Notes under the pieces: model-generated
Databases searched by the model: none
Seen by the model: only the letters and a program-made list of their open reading frames with translations
Told to the model about the DNA's origin: nothing
Part shown: positions 39,287-49,959 of the stretch, in pieces
How the letters are laid out: each line of letters begins with the position of its first letter
Numbering within the stretch: position 1 is the first letter of the stretch
Source: an uncultured Pseudomonadota bacterium
Lineage (GTDB): Bacteria > Oederibacteriota > Muellerivitia > Muellerivitales > Muellerivitaceae
Direction of reading: 5' to 3'
Length of the DNA stretch: 64,000 nucleotides
NCBI GenBank assembly: GCA_963843375.1
Contig: CAWJKT010000006.1
Location: 32,001-96,000 of the forward strand
Program-made: the position numbers and the translations under genes

Positions 39287-39760
39287 ATGATCGCAACCTT
39301 GGAAAGGTTGGAGCCGAATACCCCCACTATGCCCATTTCACACCTTTTGGCTAATTTTTTCCAGAAATTCATAAAATACTGGACCCAAACCGATATTCAG
39401 TTTTTAGGGAACTTGCAGGAAGAAGTGGTCGAAATGCCCGTTGAACTTTGCGTTCGTTGGAACGGAAACGCTCGGGGAACGCTGATCATCCGCTGTTACG
39501 ACGACTTCATAAAGTGGTTTACCCAGAATAAAAACTACAAGCCATTGAATGTTTGTACAGGAAAGGAAATTCTCATCGAAATGATCAGCGAATATTGCAC
39601 CTATGTGGTTTGCAACTTCTGGAAACCCGAACTTTTGGAAATCGGGCCCCTTTTACCACGCCCCTGCCATCAAGAAGACTGGCCTTCCCAGTTACCCGCC
39701 GCGGCTTTCGGTGTCCTGGTAGGGAAACACCCAGTCGAAATACGGTTTTGGATCGATTGA
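39287..39760 (+). CDS. Hypothetical protein, paralog 1 (possibly CheX-like fold)
   Basis: Shares FWKP...GP..P.P....DWP......VG..P.EIR.W with the downstream ORF. Confidence 0.6.
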   Translation: MIATLERLEPNTPTMPISHLLANFFQKFIKYWTQTDIQFLGNLQEEVVEMPVELCVRWNGNARGTLIIRCYDDFIKWFTQNKNYKPLNVCTGKEILIEMISEYCTYVVCNFWKPELLEIGPLLPRPCHQEDWPSQLPAAAFGVLVGKHPVEIRFWID

Positions 39761-39804
39761 GTGGTGAATTCTTGGTCCACACATATGAAGGAGATCAGCC
39801 AATC

Positions 39805-40281
39805 ATGATGGTCGGCCAAAGAGAGAATATCTTGATGAATACTTCTAACTTGCATTACATCCAAATAGGACACCTATTCGAAAGGATCTTGCGATCCTGG
39901 GAAGTTGGGCAAATTCGTCACTTGGTTCCGTCCACCGGTCCCATCAGCGACCTGCCCCTGGAAAGAAAGATTAACCTGACCGGCACGTTGAACGGCTTTT
40001 TGGTCGTGCGAAGCACCCGGGAGTTCGCTAGTCATTTGAAGAGTCAAAGGGAAAATACCCCTTTAGGACGTTATCCCGATGAAGAAGTGTTCGAGGAATT
40101 GATCTCCCTGTTTTGCCTTTATCTTTTCCACGATTTTTGGAAGCCCCATCTCTTCAAAGTCGGCCCCATTCATCCCTATCCTTCGGTACCCCGGGATTGG
40201 CCGCAGGAGAACCCTACTGCGTCCTGCAGCCTGATAGTGGGAAGCTTTCCGTTGGAAATCAGGTTATGGGTCAAGCATTGA
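39805..40281 (+). CDS. Hypothetical protein, paralog 2 (possibly CheX-like fold)
   Basis: AAGGAG RBS before ATG 39805; paralogous to 39287..39760. Confidence 0.6.
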   Translation: MMVGQRENILMNTSNLHYIQIGHLFERILRSWEVGQIRHLVPSTGPISDLPLERKINLTGTLNGFLVVRSTREFASHLKSQRENTPLGRYPDEEVFEELISLFCLYLFHDFWKPHLFKVGPIHPYPSVPRDWPQENPTASCSLIVGSFPLEIRLWVKH

Positions 40282-40318
40282 ATGGCGGCCAATTCCTACC
40301 GGTGCCAATCTGGCATTT

Positions 40319-40702
40319 TCACTTTCCGTCAATCTTCAAGATCTCACGGATTTTCGTTTTCAAGACGGACACTTCGGTTGGCTTGCTCAAAAAAGCCGAT
40401 ACTGCGTAGCCCCGGTCCAGAAAATCTCCTTGTAAATCCTTATAATGGCCGGAAACAACAATAACCGGAAGGCGGGGATATTGATTTTTCAAGATGGGAA
40501 ACAATTCCAATGTGTTCATCCCCGGCATTTCCAGGTCCGTCACCAAAAGATCGACTTTTTCTTCCTTCAATTCGGCTAAAACCCTGGCTCCATTTTCGCA
40601 GATCAAAACCCGGTAACCTTCCTGGGTAAAAGATTTGGCATATATCTTTTGAATGGCTGAATTATCCTCAGCGAACAAAAGTGTAAAATCCGAACATTTC
40701 AT
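40319..40702 (-). CDS. Single-domain response regulator
   Basis: LLFAEDN, VDLLVTDLEMPGM, SKP. Confidence 0.88.
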   Translation of the reverse strand: MKCSDFTLLFAEDNSAIQKIYAKSFTQEGYRVLICENGARVLAELKEEKVDLLVTDLEMPGMNTLELFPILKNQYPRLPVIVVSGHYKDLQGDFLDRGYAVSAFLSKPTEVSVLKTKIREILKIDGK

Positions 40703-40809
40703 TATCCCCTCCTTTTGGAATATGCAAACTAAAAACGATGGCCCCACTGCCGACCTTTAGGTTGCCTCCTCTCTTCTTAATAGCCGCCTATCACCGAAGA
40801 TCTGACCGA

Positions 40810-43497
40810 TTATTTTTCATCCAAAATTTTGCGGATTTCACCTGCCAGATCCTCCAACTCAAAGGGTTTCTGGATGAGGTGGATGCCCGCGTTCAGGACA
40901 CCCTGCTGGGACAATACTTCACGCGGATATCCCGAGACAAAGAGAACTTTCAACTTGGGTCGGGATTTCTGCAATTCATCGGCCAATTCCTTTCCATTCA
41001 TCTTGGGCATGATAGTGTCCGTCAATAAGAGGTGTATCGTATCCTGATAATCCCAGGCCTTTTGAACGGCTTGCAATCCGTTGGCCGCCTCTAAAACCCG
41101 ATAACCGTACTTCTCCAGGGTTCTTACCAAAACTTTCCTTACCGGTTCCTCATCCTCGGCCAAAAGCACCGTTTCGTTTCCTCGTGGAATCAGGGCGATT
41201 TGCTTGGGCTTGGTCTCATAACCTTCCAATGAAACCATCGCCGGGAAATAAAGAGTGAAGGTCGTTCCCATTCCCGGCGTCGAATGAACGAAGATTTGGC
41301 CGTTCCATTTGGCGACCAAACCGTAAACTGTAGCGAGTCCCAGCCCCGTCCCCTTCCCCCCCTTGGTGGTAAAGAAAGGCTCGAAGATGTGTTTTTGAAC
41401 TTCCGGTGTCATACCCGTGCCCGTATCCGTCACCGAAAGGCGGATAAAGGAACCTTCCCGCAGGGTCGTTTTCTCAGCCCTTTCAACTTGGTGGCCCTCC
41501 ACGTTCTTGGTTTCGAGAATGAGATTTCCGCCTTTCGGCATGGCGTCCCGGGCGTTCAATGCCAAATTTAAGATGATCTGTTGCATTTGACCCGGGTCGG
41601 CGAGGACAGGTTTCAAATCCTTGTCCTGGATGATGGATAGATCAACGGTAGCGTCGATCAAACGCTTCAGCATCTTTCTCATTTCGTCGGAAATTTCGTT
41701 GAGATTCACCGGTTGAGGCCGAGAGACCTGCTTTTGACCGAACACCAACAGCTGTTTGGTCAGTTCCGCCCCGCGCCGAACGGCATTCTGGATTTCGCCC
41801 AGTTCTTCTCTCTGGGAACTGTCCTTTTCAAGGCTCGAAAGCAGGAACTCGGCGTTTCCTCCGATGACGGAGAGGAGATTGTTAAAATCATGCGCCACTC
41901 CTCCGGCGAGGCGGCCGATGGCGTTCATTTTTTCGACCCGACGCAGCTGTTCCTCGTGCTGGCGTAAGGATTCCTCCGCCATTTTCCTCTCGGTAATGTC
42001 CCGCATGATGGAGGAGACACCCACGATTTTCCCTCTCGAATCTTTAACCGGGGAAAGGGTGATGGAGACATCGATGAGTTCGCCGCTTTTTTTCACACGA
42101 ACCGTCTCGAAATTCGATATGCTTTCGTCGGCCAGGGCGATATCCAGCATTTCCTTCGCTTCGTGCTTGCGATCCTCGGGGGCGAGCAGGTCCTTGGGTT
42201 GCCCCGCGATCTCCGCCAATTTGTATCCAAACAGGGCTTCCGCCCCGCGGTTCCAGCTGAAAATCAGCCCGTCGATGTCGGTTCCGATGACGGCATCCGG
42301 GGTCTGTTGCAGTATCGCCGCCAATTGACCCTGAACCTCCGCCGCCTTGTGACGCTCGGTCACCTCAATCGCCATCGAGATCAAACCGGAAAAATTGCCT
42401 TCCGAATCATGCATCGGGGTGCGAAACCACTCGCAGAGGATGGCCTTTCCATCTTTGCGGATGTTTTCGCGGATCTTTCCCTGCACCGAACCTCCCGAGT
42501 CGGCCACTTCCCTTAATAATTTTTCATGGTCAGACATGTCTTCTTTTCTAACGAGGATCCCTTTGGCGCCCTCGACTTCCTTGAAGGAATAACCAAACAT
42601 TTTCTCCGCCGCCGGGTTCCAATAAGTGTAATGAAAGTTCGGATCGCTTAGGATACAGGCGATCGGCATGCTATCCATCTGGAGTTGGAGTTGCTCCAAA
42701 AGCTGGTCCCTTTCCGCCTCCAGCATTTCCTTGACGACTCTGGCTTTTTCGTTTTCGGTGATGTCCCGGGCGATGATGGAGGCGCCAGCCACCTGGCCCG
42801 AATGGCTCCGGATGGGAGAAAGAGTCAGGGAAAGAAGGGCTTCGTTTCCGTTTTTAATCTGATGGATGGCGATAAAATTGGAAACAGGGACCCCCTCCCG
42901 GACCACGTCCAGCAACCTCGTGAACTCAACCCTACGGCCGGGCGGAATGATGAGGGATATATCCCTCCCTCCGATTTCCTCGGGCTCAAACCCGTAAATT
43001 CTTTTGGCGCCCGGATTCCAACTGAGGATGACGCCCTCCAAAGTCACGGAGTAGATCGCGTCATTGGAGGATTCCACAATGGTCGCCAGGCGAAACCGGT
43101 ATTCATCGGCTTTCTTCCGCTCCAGGGCGTAACGAATGGATCGATCCAACATACTGCCGTCGATTTTATTTTTGTGGAGGAAATCGGACGCGCCCAATTG
43201 CATGGCTTCCACATCCACCTCGTAATCCCCCTGTCCGGTGAGGAATATGATGGGGATGTTGTAGCCTTTCTGGACGACTTCCCTCAGAAAATCCAGGCCG
43301 TTGCGGCCCTCCAAGCGGTAATCCAGGAGGCAGACATCATGATGGTTGTGGCCGAGTCTTTCGAGCGCCTCCTGGCAGGTGGAAACCCGGTCCATTTCGA
43401 AATGACGCTGTTTGATCTCTGAAAGCATTTTTTGAAGGATCAGAAAATCATCGCTGTCGTCTTCCACGATCAACAGTCGAACAGGCCTTCCGATCAT
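40810..43497 (-). CDS. Hybrid sensor histidine kinase (REC-PAS x3-HisKA-HATPase-REC)
   Basis: AGGVAHDFNNLL, NLALNARDAM, DTGTGM, FEPFFTTK, GTGLGL, receiver domains at both ends. Confidence 0.95.
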   Translation of the reverse strand: MIGRPVRLLIVEDDSDDFLILQKMLSEIKQRHFEMDRVSTCQEALERLGHNHHDVCLLDYRLEGRNGLDFLREVVQKGYNIPIIFLTGQGDYEVDVEAMQLGASDFLHKNKIDGSMLDRSIRYALERKKADEYRFRLATIVESSNDAIYSVTLEGVILSWNPGAKRIYGFEPEEIGGRDISLIIPPGRRVEFTRLLDVVREGVPVSNFIAIHQIKNGNEALLSLTLSPIRSHSGQVAGASIIARDITENEKARVVKEMLEAERDQLLEQLQLQMDSMPIACILSDPNFHYTYWNPAAEKMFGYSFKEVEGAKGILVRKEDMSDHEKLLREVADSGGSVQGKIRENIRKDGKAILCEWFRTPMHDSEGNFSGLISMAIEVTERHKAAEVQGQLAAILQQTPDAVIGTDIDGLIFSWNRGAEALFGYKLAEIAGQPKDLLAPEDRKHEAKEMLDIALADESISNFETVRVKKSGELIDVSITLSPVKDSRGKIVGVSSIMRDITERKMAEESLRQHEEQLRRVEKMNAIGRLAGGVAHDFNNLLSVIGGNAEFLLSSLEKDSSQREELGEIQNAVRRGAELTKQLLVFGQKQVSRPQPVNLNEISDEMRKMLKRLIDATVDLSIIQDKDLKPVLADPGQMQQIILNLALNARDAMPKGGNLILETKNVEGHQVERAEKTTLREGSFIRLSVTDTGTGMTPEVQKHIFEPFFTTKGGKGTGLGLATVYGLVAKWNGQIFVHSTPGMGTTFTLYFPAMVSLEGYETKPKQIALIPRGNETVLLAEDEEPVRKVLVRTLEKYGYRVLEAANGLQAVQKAWDYQDTIHLLLTDTIMPKMNGKELADELQKSRPKLKVLFVSGYPREVLSQQGVLNAGIHLIQKPFELEDLAGEIRKILDEK

Positions 43498-43961
43498 GGC
43501 GCCGCATTTCCGTTATTGGTGGGCAATTCAACGATTTCCAGCCAATAATTCTTCAAGGATTCCATCGTGGACACCAACCCGTCAAAAGTGACCGGCTTGG
43601 TGATAAAAGAATTGGCCCCCAAATTGTAGCTGCGCAGGATATCTTCCTCCGCGCTAGAAGTGCTCAGGACCACCACAGGAATTTTTTTTAGTTCCGGATC
43701 AGCCTTTAGAAAAAGAAGCGCCTTGCGCCCGTCCATTCGGGGCATATTCAAATCCAAAAGAACGAAACAGGGACGGGGAGATGCGCCCGGGTCCGAAAAT
43801 TTTCCCTTTCGCTTGATGTAATCCAATAATTCCTCTCCATCCGAGAGAAACTGGATGGGGTTAATAACTCGGTTTTTCCGCAGGGCCTTCTCGGTCATCA
43901 TGCGGTCGTCCTCATCATCATCCACCATCAAAATCGGCAGAATGCCTTTGTCCTTAACCAT
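43494..43961 (-). CDS. Response regulator (Rcp1/CpdR-like single receiver)
   Basis: LLDLNMPRMDG, IPVVVLSTS, SYNLGANSFITKP. Confidence 0.92.
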   Translation of the reverse strand: MVKDKGILPILMVDDDEDDRMMTEKALRKNRVINPIQFLSDGEELLDYIKRKGKFSDPGASPRPCFVLLDLNMPRMDGRKALLFLKADPELKKIPVVVLSTSSAEEDILRSYNLGANSFITKPVTFDGLVSTMESLKNYWLEIVELPTNNGNAAP

Positions 43962-43976
43962 TCTTCCTCCTCCTTA

Positions 43977-46176
43977 TCATTTTTGCCGAAACGGTAACTC
44001 AATGGTGAAAGTGCTGCCCATTGCCAGGCTTACCCTCAGCCTTGATCGTTCCGCCATGCCTTTCCACGACTTTGCGGCAAATCGCCAGGCCTATTCCGGT
44101 CCCTTCATACTCGTCCCTGCCATGAAGCCTTTCGAAAACTTTGAAGATTTGTTCACCATATTTATTATCGAACCCGATGCCGTTGTCCTCCACCGTGATC
44201 CGGACCCGGGACTCCCGGGAAGCACCGCCCTTTTGCGGCGCGGAAGCGCTGATTTTAATCTCGGGAGATAGCCCGGGCTTCTGGAACTTGAGCGCGTTGG
44301 CGATGAGGTTCTGGAATAACTGCCGCATCTGGGTAGCATCGGCCTCCAGATTGGGAAGGGGGCCCACTTCCACCTTGGCTTTTTTCTCCTGAATGCTTGT
44401 TTCCAAATCCGAAAGGACCCCTTGAATAATCTCGTTAAGGTTTACTTGAACAAAGGGCTGGGCCTTGGTGGTGACCCGGGTAAGGGCCAAAAGGTCGTTG
44501 ATAAGGGTTTGCATCCGGTTGGCGGCGTTTCGCATTCGTTCAACATAATCCCTGCCCGTCTCCCCCAGGATATCCTTAAAATCATTCCGAAGAAATTCCC
44601 CGAAAGCCTGAATTTTCCGTAAGGGTTCTTGCAAGTCGTGGGAGGCTACGAAAACAAAATCCTGCAGTTCCCGGTTGCTGGTTTCCAGAGCCTGGGTGTA
44701 AATCTTCATTTTTTCCTGTTGTTTTTCCTCGGTGATGTCCTCCGATATTCCCAACAGATATTTGGGCTCCCCATCCGCGCCGAGGATCGGAATCTTCTTT
44801 GTGTGAAGGGTTCTTAGCCCCTTTTCGCGCGTGGGGAGCGATTCCTCGGGAATGTCCATGAGTTTTCCCTCCCCAAGGACTTTGCGGTCCTTGGAGGTGA
44901 AAAAATCCGCTTCTTCCTTGGAGAAGAAATCATAGTCGTTCTTGCCGATGAGATCGCCCTTCGGGATTCCCATCAACTCTTCCCCCGCTTTGTTGAACAT
45001 AACGAAGCGCAAGTCCTTGGCGTCCTTCACGAAAATCATGTTCGGGACGTTCTCCAAGACAGAAGTGACGAAACTTTGGGAACGAGTGGTCGCTTCCAGC
45101 TGCTTGCGGTCCGAAATGTCCCGCATAAAGGCGATCAACCGGGTCTTCCCCGCCAGGACAGTCTTCTGCAGGCTCACTTCAATCCAGTAGGTATGTCCAT
45201 CTTTATGAAGGGCCTGCCACTCAAAAAGTTGCGGTCCTTCGGTGAGAGCCTTTTGAGCCAAACGCCCGTAATCAGCCGAGGTAGAGCCGGGCTCCTGCGA
45301 GAAAAGTTTGTCGACAGGCATTTTCTTGTACTCCTCCAGGGTGAAACCGGTCATTTTCACAAGACTGCTGTTCATGTCCACGATAGGGTTCCCGGAGGTT
45401 TCGGGATCTGTAATAATGATGCCGTCGTTGGCTTTATCGAATATTTCACGGTAGTTAGCCTCGGAAGCTTTTAAAGCCTGGTCTTGCGCGAGGATTTCGG
45501 CGAGCATCTTGTTGAAAGCATCCGTCAGCGTCCCTAATTCATCTTCGCCAAATTTTTTGGCCCGGACAGAAAAATTCCGGTGGTTGGAAATCTCCTGCGC
45601 GGTTTCCGCCAAAGCCAGGATGGGCATGGAAATTTGCTTTTGCAGCATTCGCGAAAGCAGGTAAGCCAGCAAAATGGATCCGGCGATAATGGCCGCCGCG
45701 AGCCAGGCGTAGGCGCGGTAGCGGTCGGTCAAAGAAGACAAATCCGCTTGGAGATAAATCGTTCCCAGCCTCCGGTCCCCTAGACCCACGGGGAAAAAAA
45801 TATCAAGGTGCCCGTCACGGAAACCCGAAGTGCCAATGACGTCTGGAAAAAGGCCCTTGGGCGCATCGGCCGGATATTTCACAAAAATCTTCTGCTTCTC
45901 GTCATAAACGCAAGCCGCCGTTATCCGCTTGTCCGTTTTGAGCGCGCCAAGTACTTCGGCGGCATCGGCCTCGTTTTGGAAAGCCAGCGACGCCGTGGAG
46001 TTGGCGGCGATAATTTCAGCGCGAGTGGAATAGGATTGGATCATGTTCCGGTGCAGGGTGATGAATTCGTAAGTGATAAAAGACGCGCAGGTCAGCAGCA
46101 AAACCGCGCCGCTGGTCAGCAGCAGGGCGGTCATCAGTTTTTGTCGGATGGGCAGGTTTTCGAACAACAAGGTCAA
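43977..46176 (-). CDS. Membrane sensor histidine kinase (periplasmic sensor-HAMP-PAS-PAS-HisKA-HATPase) with a 1-bp frameshift near the C-terminus
   Basis: ASHDLQEPLRKI, QLFQNLIANALKF, DNGIGF, GTGIGLAIC; removing one G near 44018 restores the GSTFTIELP end. Confidence 0.9.
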
Positions 46177-46751
46177 TCCTTTCCCGGTTCAACAATTTCG
46201 GCAAGCCGCAACACTTTGGAGCTGATGGTGAGGTTGGCGCGTCTCGCGGCTTCCAGGTTTATCCTGAAATGAATTTTATTTTCTTCCGTGACAAAACGGA
46301 CGACACCGCCATTTTTGACGAAACCTTCGCTGTCGCCGACCGTGAGAATATTTCTGCCTTTCAAATCAGCGAGAATATTTTCCATCCGTTCGCTTTCGGA
46401 CCGGCTGATAAACAAAATCTGGCAATCCTTGACGGCGTCGACGCTTTCATATCGCTGAATGACCAACGGGTGGCCGTCCACTTTTTCACCGCGCACGGTT
46501 TCATCCAGAAAATCATCGAAAGGGTCGTTGCCTAGGACGCCGATGCGAAAGGGCTCATCGGCGTTGGTAAAGGCCGAGGGCGGCCATTGGATGAATTGCG
46601 AGAAGTTGAAGAGGAAGAGAGCCTTAATTTGATATTCCCTGGGAATCTCCATTTTCGCGGACACAAGGGTTCCGCCCGTTGAGAACAGGACCAACAGGAT
46701 CAATCCAAGGCGGATTACCCTGCGACGATTGGAGGAAATCAAAACTGGCAC
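46173..46751 (-). CDS. YfiR-family (DUF4154) periplasmic protein
   Basis: EYQIKALFLFNFSQFIQWP...CQILFI...F.INL.AA...L.ISSK.L.LA. Confidence 0.9.
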   Translation of the reverse strand: MPVLISSNRRRVIRLGLILLVLFSTGGTLVSAKMEIPREYQIKALFLFNFSQFIQWPPSAFTNADEPFRIGVLGNDPFDDFLDETVRGEKVDGHPLVIQRYESVDAVKDCQILFISRSESERMENILADLKGRNILTVGDSEGFVKNGGVVRFVTEENKIHFRINLEAARRANLTISSKVLRLAEIVEPGKD

Positions 46752-48991
46752 GAGATCTTCCCGTAGACGCTTCGCGGGATTTCTTCCTGCATGGAGCCCG
46801 GATAACCGTATTCGACGTGGTAAGGGTGCAGGAGGTTCTGCCCGACAAGGGAAATCTCAATGTTTTTGAGAGCCTGCCAGCCAAGGCGGGCATCCATTTC
46901 GGCGTAAGCCGGAACCGTTCCAAGCGCGGGTCCGTCCGTGGGCGATTGGACCAGTTGGATGGAATCAATCCAACGTCCATCCAAGTCCAGTTGCACGTTT
47001 TGGGGCAAGTCCATCGAAGAACGGAGGAATACCTGGTTTTGGGGATCCGCCGTTTGGCCCAACCCGTCATCCATATCCACTTGCCCCGGCTTGACCCAAA
47101 TGTCTTCATGCAAGTAGTCGTAACCGCCGTGCAGCCGCCACCAATCCATGATTTGATAATCCGTGGTGAATTCGACCCCGTAGGTCTGCCCTTCGAGGTT
47201 GTTCTGGAAAAAATAGGGCGCCGGTGCGGTCAGGTTGAGATTGTACCCATAATAGTAGTCCGGAGGGGTGGGGCTGGTGCTCTGTAAATTGTCATAATTG
47301 TTGAAAAAAAGCGAGAGGGAACTGGAGACTTTCGGGTTCAATTGGGCGCGATAGCCTAGTTCGTAGGCGATTACGGTTTCGGAAATGAAATCTGAACTTC
47401 CTTCCAGGTAGTTTGGCGAAAAATAGAATGGAGTTGGCGGCGAATAGGTAATGTGGGAGGGGACGACCAAATCCGTGTCATAACGCGATGGCGTCCTCAC
47501 TGCCCTCGAAACCGCGGCCCAAAGCATTTGCTGGTCCGTGATGTCCCATTTCAGGCGGCCACTGGGTTCGAATTCATAACCCGTATAATCGTTATGCTCA
47601 ATTTTGCTTCCTGCCGTGAGGTAAACCCGTTCCCATATTTCGATTTCATCCTGGGCAAACCCGGTGAACAGGTTCCGGTCAAGAGCCGGTGGTTGGAACT
47701 GAACATCCGAAACGTCCTCATCGATCTCCCGGGTGAACCGATAGCCAAGACCCCACATGAATTTGTTATTTTCCTCAAGGCGAAACCGGTGTTGAAAATC
47801 CAAGTCGTAGGTATAGAGGTCATCGGTCAATGCGCCGGCGGGAAAGCCGCTGGTGAAACCCGGGATTGCGGAAATCGCGACGAATGGATCGGAAAGATAC
47901 TCCCGGTCGAAATAGGTTTGGAGGCTCATGTCCGAATCATCCGAAATGGTATGGGTCCAACGCCCCAACACGTTTTCACCGCTGAGGTCCTCTTCCCCGG
48001 CCGCCCCCACGCTTACGCCGCTGTCGTAAATGTCCCCTTGCAGCGTGAAATGGTCCTGGGAACCGGCTTCGTCATCCATGCGGAAACCGGCTTGGCCCCG
48101 GTTCCAGGAGTCCTGGGCGCTGCCCGTCCCATCGGAAAAATTGTCGGCGTCTTCATTGGAATACTTTGCGTAAAAACGGTAGTAAACGTCGGGCGATAAT
48201 GAGCCGCCATAGCGGGCCGCGATGAAATCCTGCAGTTGCGTTCCGCCTCCTGTTTCCACGTAAATCCCTTGGGTGTCTTTGGCATCCTTGCTGGTGATAT
48301 TGATGACACCGTTAACCGCATTGGCGCCCCACATCGTTCCACCCGGTCCGCTGATAACTTCGATCCGGTCAATGTCCTCCAGCAAGTAGTCTTGGGCTCC
48401 CCAAATCATCCCTCCATAAAGCGGTGTATAGAGAGTCCTTCCATCCATCAAGACGAGGAGTTTATCGCCCAGGTTGGCGTTAAAACCCCGCGCGCTGATG
48501 GCCCACTCGTCCGAACTGATCTGCGCCACTTCCAGGTTATCCGCCAGCCGCAGCGCCTCCGGAAGGTTGGAGGATCCCGAACGGCGGATTTCATCGTTGG
48601 TGATGACGTCAATCGCCGCCGGCGCCTGTCCGTAGGGTTCTGGTTGCTTGTTCACGGAGGTGACATCCAAATTCATCAATTGCTCCAAATTCAATTTTTT
48701 CAAGGCATTGGGAGATGAGACGGTTTCCGGTGATTGGACCAACGAATTCAAATCCGGCGCTGGAGGGGGGGAAATGTTTGTCCGCGGTGTTGGAGTTGGG
48801 GAATTTGTCTGCGGAGTTGAAACCGGAGACGGGCTTGGTTGCGTTTCGGCGAAGGAGTAACAGGTCCATTGAATTAGTACAACCATGACCATCGCAAATG
48901 GCCTCAATCGCAAGCATAGTCCCATGCCAGCGGATAACGATGAATGGAATTGGAAATAAGAGAGAGGTAATCGGTTCTTGGTAAAGGCCAT
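46739..48991 (-). CDS. TonB-dependent receptor
   Basis: Plug motifs (ITNDEIRRSG, ISARGFN, IDRIEVISGPG..WGANAVNGVINI); C-terminal F. Confidence 0.92.
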   Translation of the reverse strand: MAFTKNRLPLSYFQFHSSLSAGMGLCLRLRPFAMVMVVLIQWTCYSFAETQPSPSPVSTPQTNSPTPTPRTNISPPPAPDLNSLVQSPETVSSPNALKKLNLEQLMNLDVTSVNKQPEPYGQAPAAIDVITNDEIRRSGSSNLPEALRLADNLEVAQISSDEWAISARGFNANLGDKLLVLMDGRTLYTPLYGGMIWGAQDYLLEDIDRIEVISGPGGTMWGANAVNGVINITSKDAKDTQGIYVETGGGTQLQDFIAARYGGSLSPDVYYRFYAKYSNEDADNFSDGTGSAQDSWNRGQAGFRMDDEAGSQDHFTLQGDIYDSGVSVGAAGEEDLSGENVLGRWTHTISDDSDMSLQTYFDREYLSDPFVAISAIPGFTSGFPAGALTDDLYTYDLDFQHRFRLEENNKFMWGLGYRFTREIDEDVSDVQFQPPALDRNLFTGFAQDEIEIWERVYLTAGSKIEHNDYTGYEFEPSGRLKWDITDQQMLWAAVSRAVRTPSRYDTDLVVPSHITYSPPTPFYFSPNYLEGSSDFISETVIAYELGYRAQLNPKVSSSLSLFFNNYDNLQSTSPTPPDYYYGYNLNLTAPAPYFFQNNLEGQTYGVEFTTDYQIMDWWRLHGGYDYLHEDIWVKPGQVDMDDGLGQTADPQNQVFLRSSMDLPQNVQLDLDGRWIDSIQLVQSPTDGPALGTVPAYAEMDARLGWQALKNIEISLVGQNLLHPYHVEYGYPGSMQEEIPRSVYGKISCQF

Positions 48992-49240
48992 TCAAAATCC
49001 TTTCGGATTCGTTTCAAGGCCGGGTCACCGTGTAAGAAACGAGTAGGGTTTAGACGTGAAATAGTTTATCACTGGTCGTTAAAACCACATTTATTTTCAC
49101 GATTGAAATAATATTTTTAAGTCAAAGTGGTCAGAAATAGTGCGAATTTTTTAATTTTTTCAGGATTTGCTCGCAATTAAGCGGAAAAATGATTTCGATT
49201 GAAAAACTGATGGGCCTAAAAGCCCTTTCGCCATGGGTTT

Positions 49241-49645
49241 TTAGGCCAGGGAGGAAACCAGTGAAATCGCTTTTAATAGATCCTCTGAAGCAAAGGGCTT
49301 GTTTAATTTTGGATTTGGGATTTTGTTAAGTGTATCGGCCATTTCCCCCGAAAATATCCCGCCGGTGATAAATATAATCTTACCCGCTAAATCAGGGCGC
49401 CGGTTTTGGACTATTTTATAAAACTCAATCCCGTTGAGTCCGGGCATGTTAATGTCGGTGATGATCAGATCCACCTTTGTTAGGCCTTGGTCGATTAATT
49501 CCAACGCCTCGACCGCAGATGAAACCGCCAATGTAAAATAGCCATTTTTGCGCAGAATTCTTTTATATAAATCAAGGACCGAGAGATCATCATCCACTAA
49601 AAATATTTTCAAGTCTCGAGATTCGTTTTTGGAGGGATTTTCCAT
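49241..49645 (-). CDS. Single-domain response regulator
   Basis: FLVDDD, DLIITDINMPGLNG, KPF. Confidence 0.88.
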   Translation of the reverse strand: MENPSKNESRDLKIFLVDDDLSVLDLYKRILRKNGYFTLAVSSAVEALELIDQGLTKVDLIITDINMPGLNGIEFYKIVQNRRPDLAGKIIFITGGIFSGEMADTLNKIPNPKLNKPFASEDLLKAISLVSSLA

Positions 49646-49959
49646 TTTTCGTCACACCATTTCCGTTTTTGGAACTGGTTCAATATTAGACCAAAATCAC
49701 AGCCAATACGAACATTCCCAATCGCTCTTGAATATTTCCCTGCAAAAATACTCTCTTGTCCCAGCTACAATCCTATCCTGAAAATCGGCCCAACCATCGA
49801 CGACCCTAACACCCAAGAATCTAAATAAGGCCGACTTCATGGTTGAAGCAATCCAATAGCGAAGCCTTGATCGTTGCGTTGAGCGCAACTGAACGCCGGT
49901 CTTCAGGCTACAGGTTTTAGCGGATAAATGGAACCAATTAATAATGTTTGCGGCATCAA

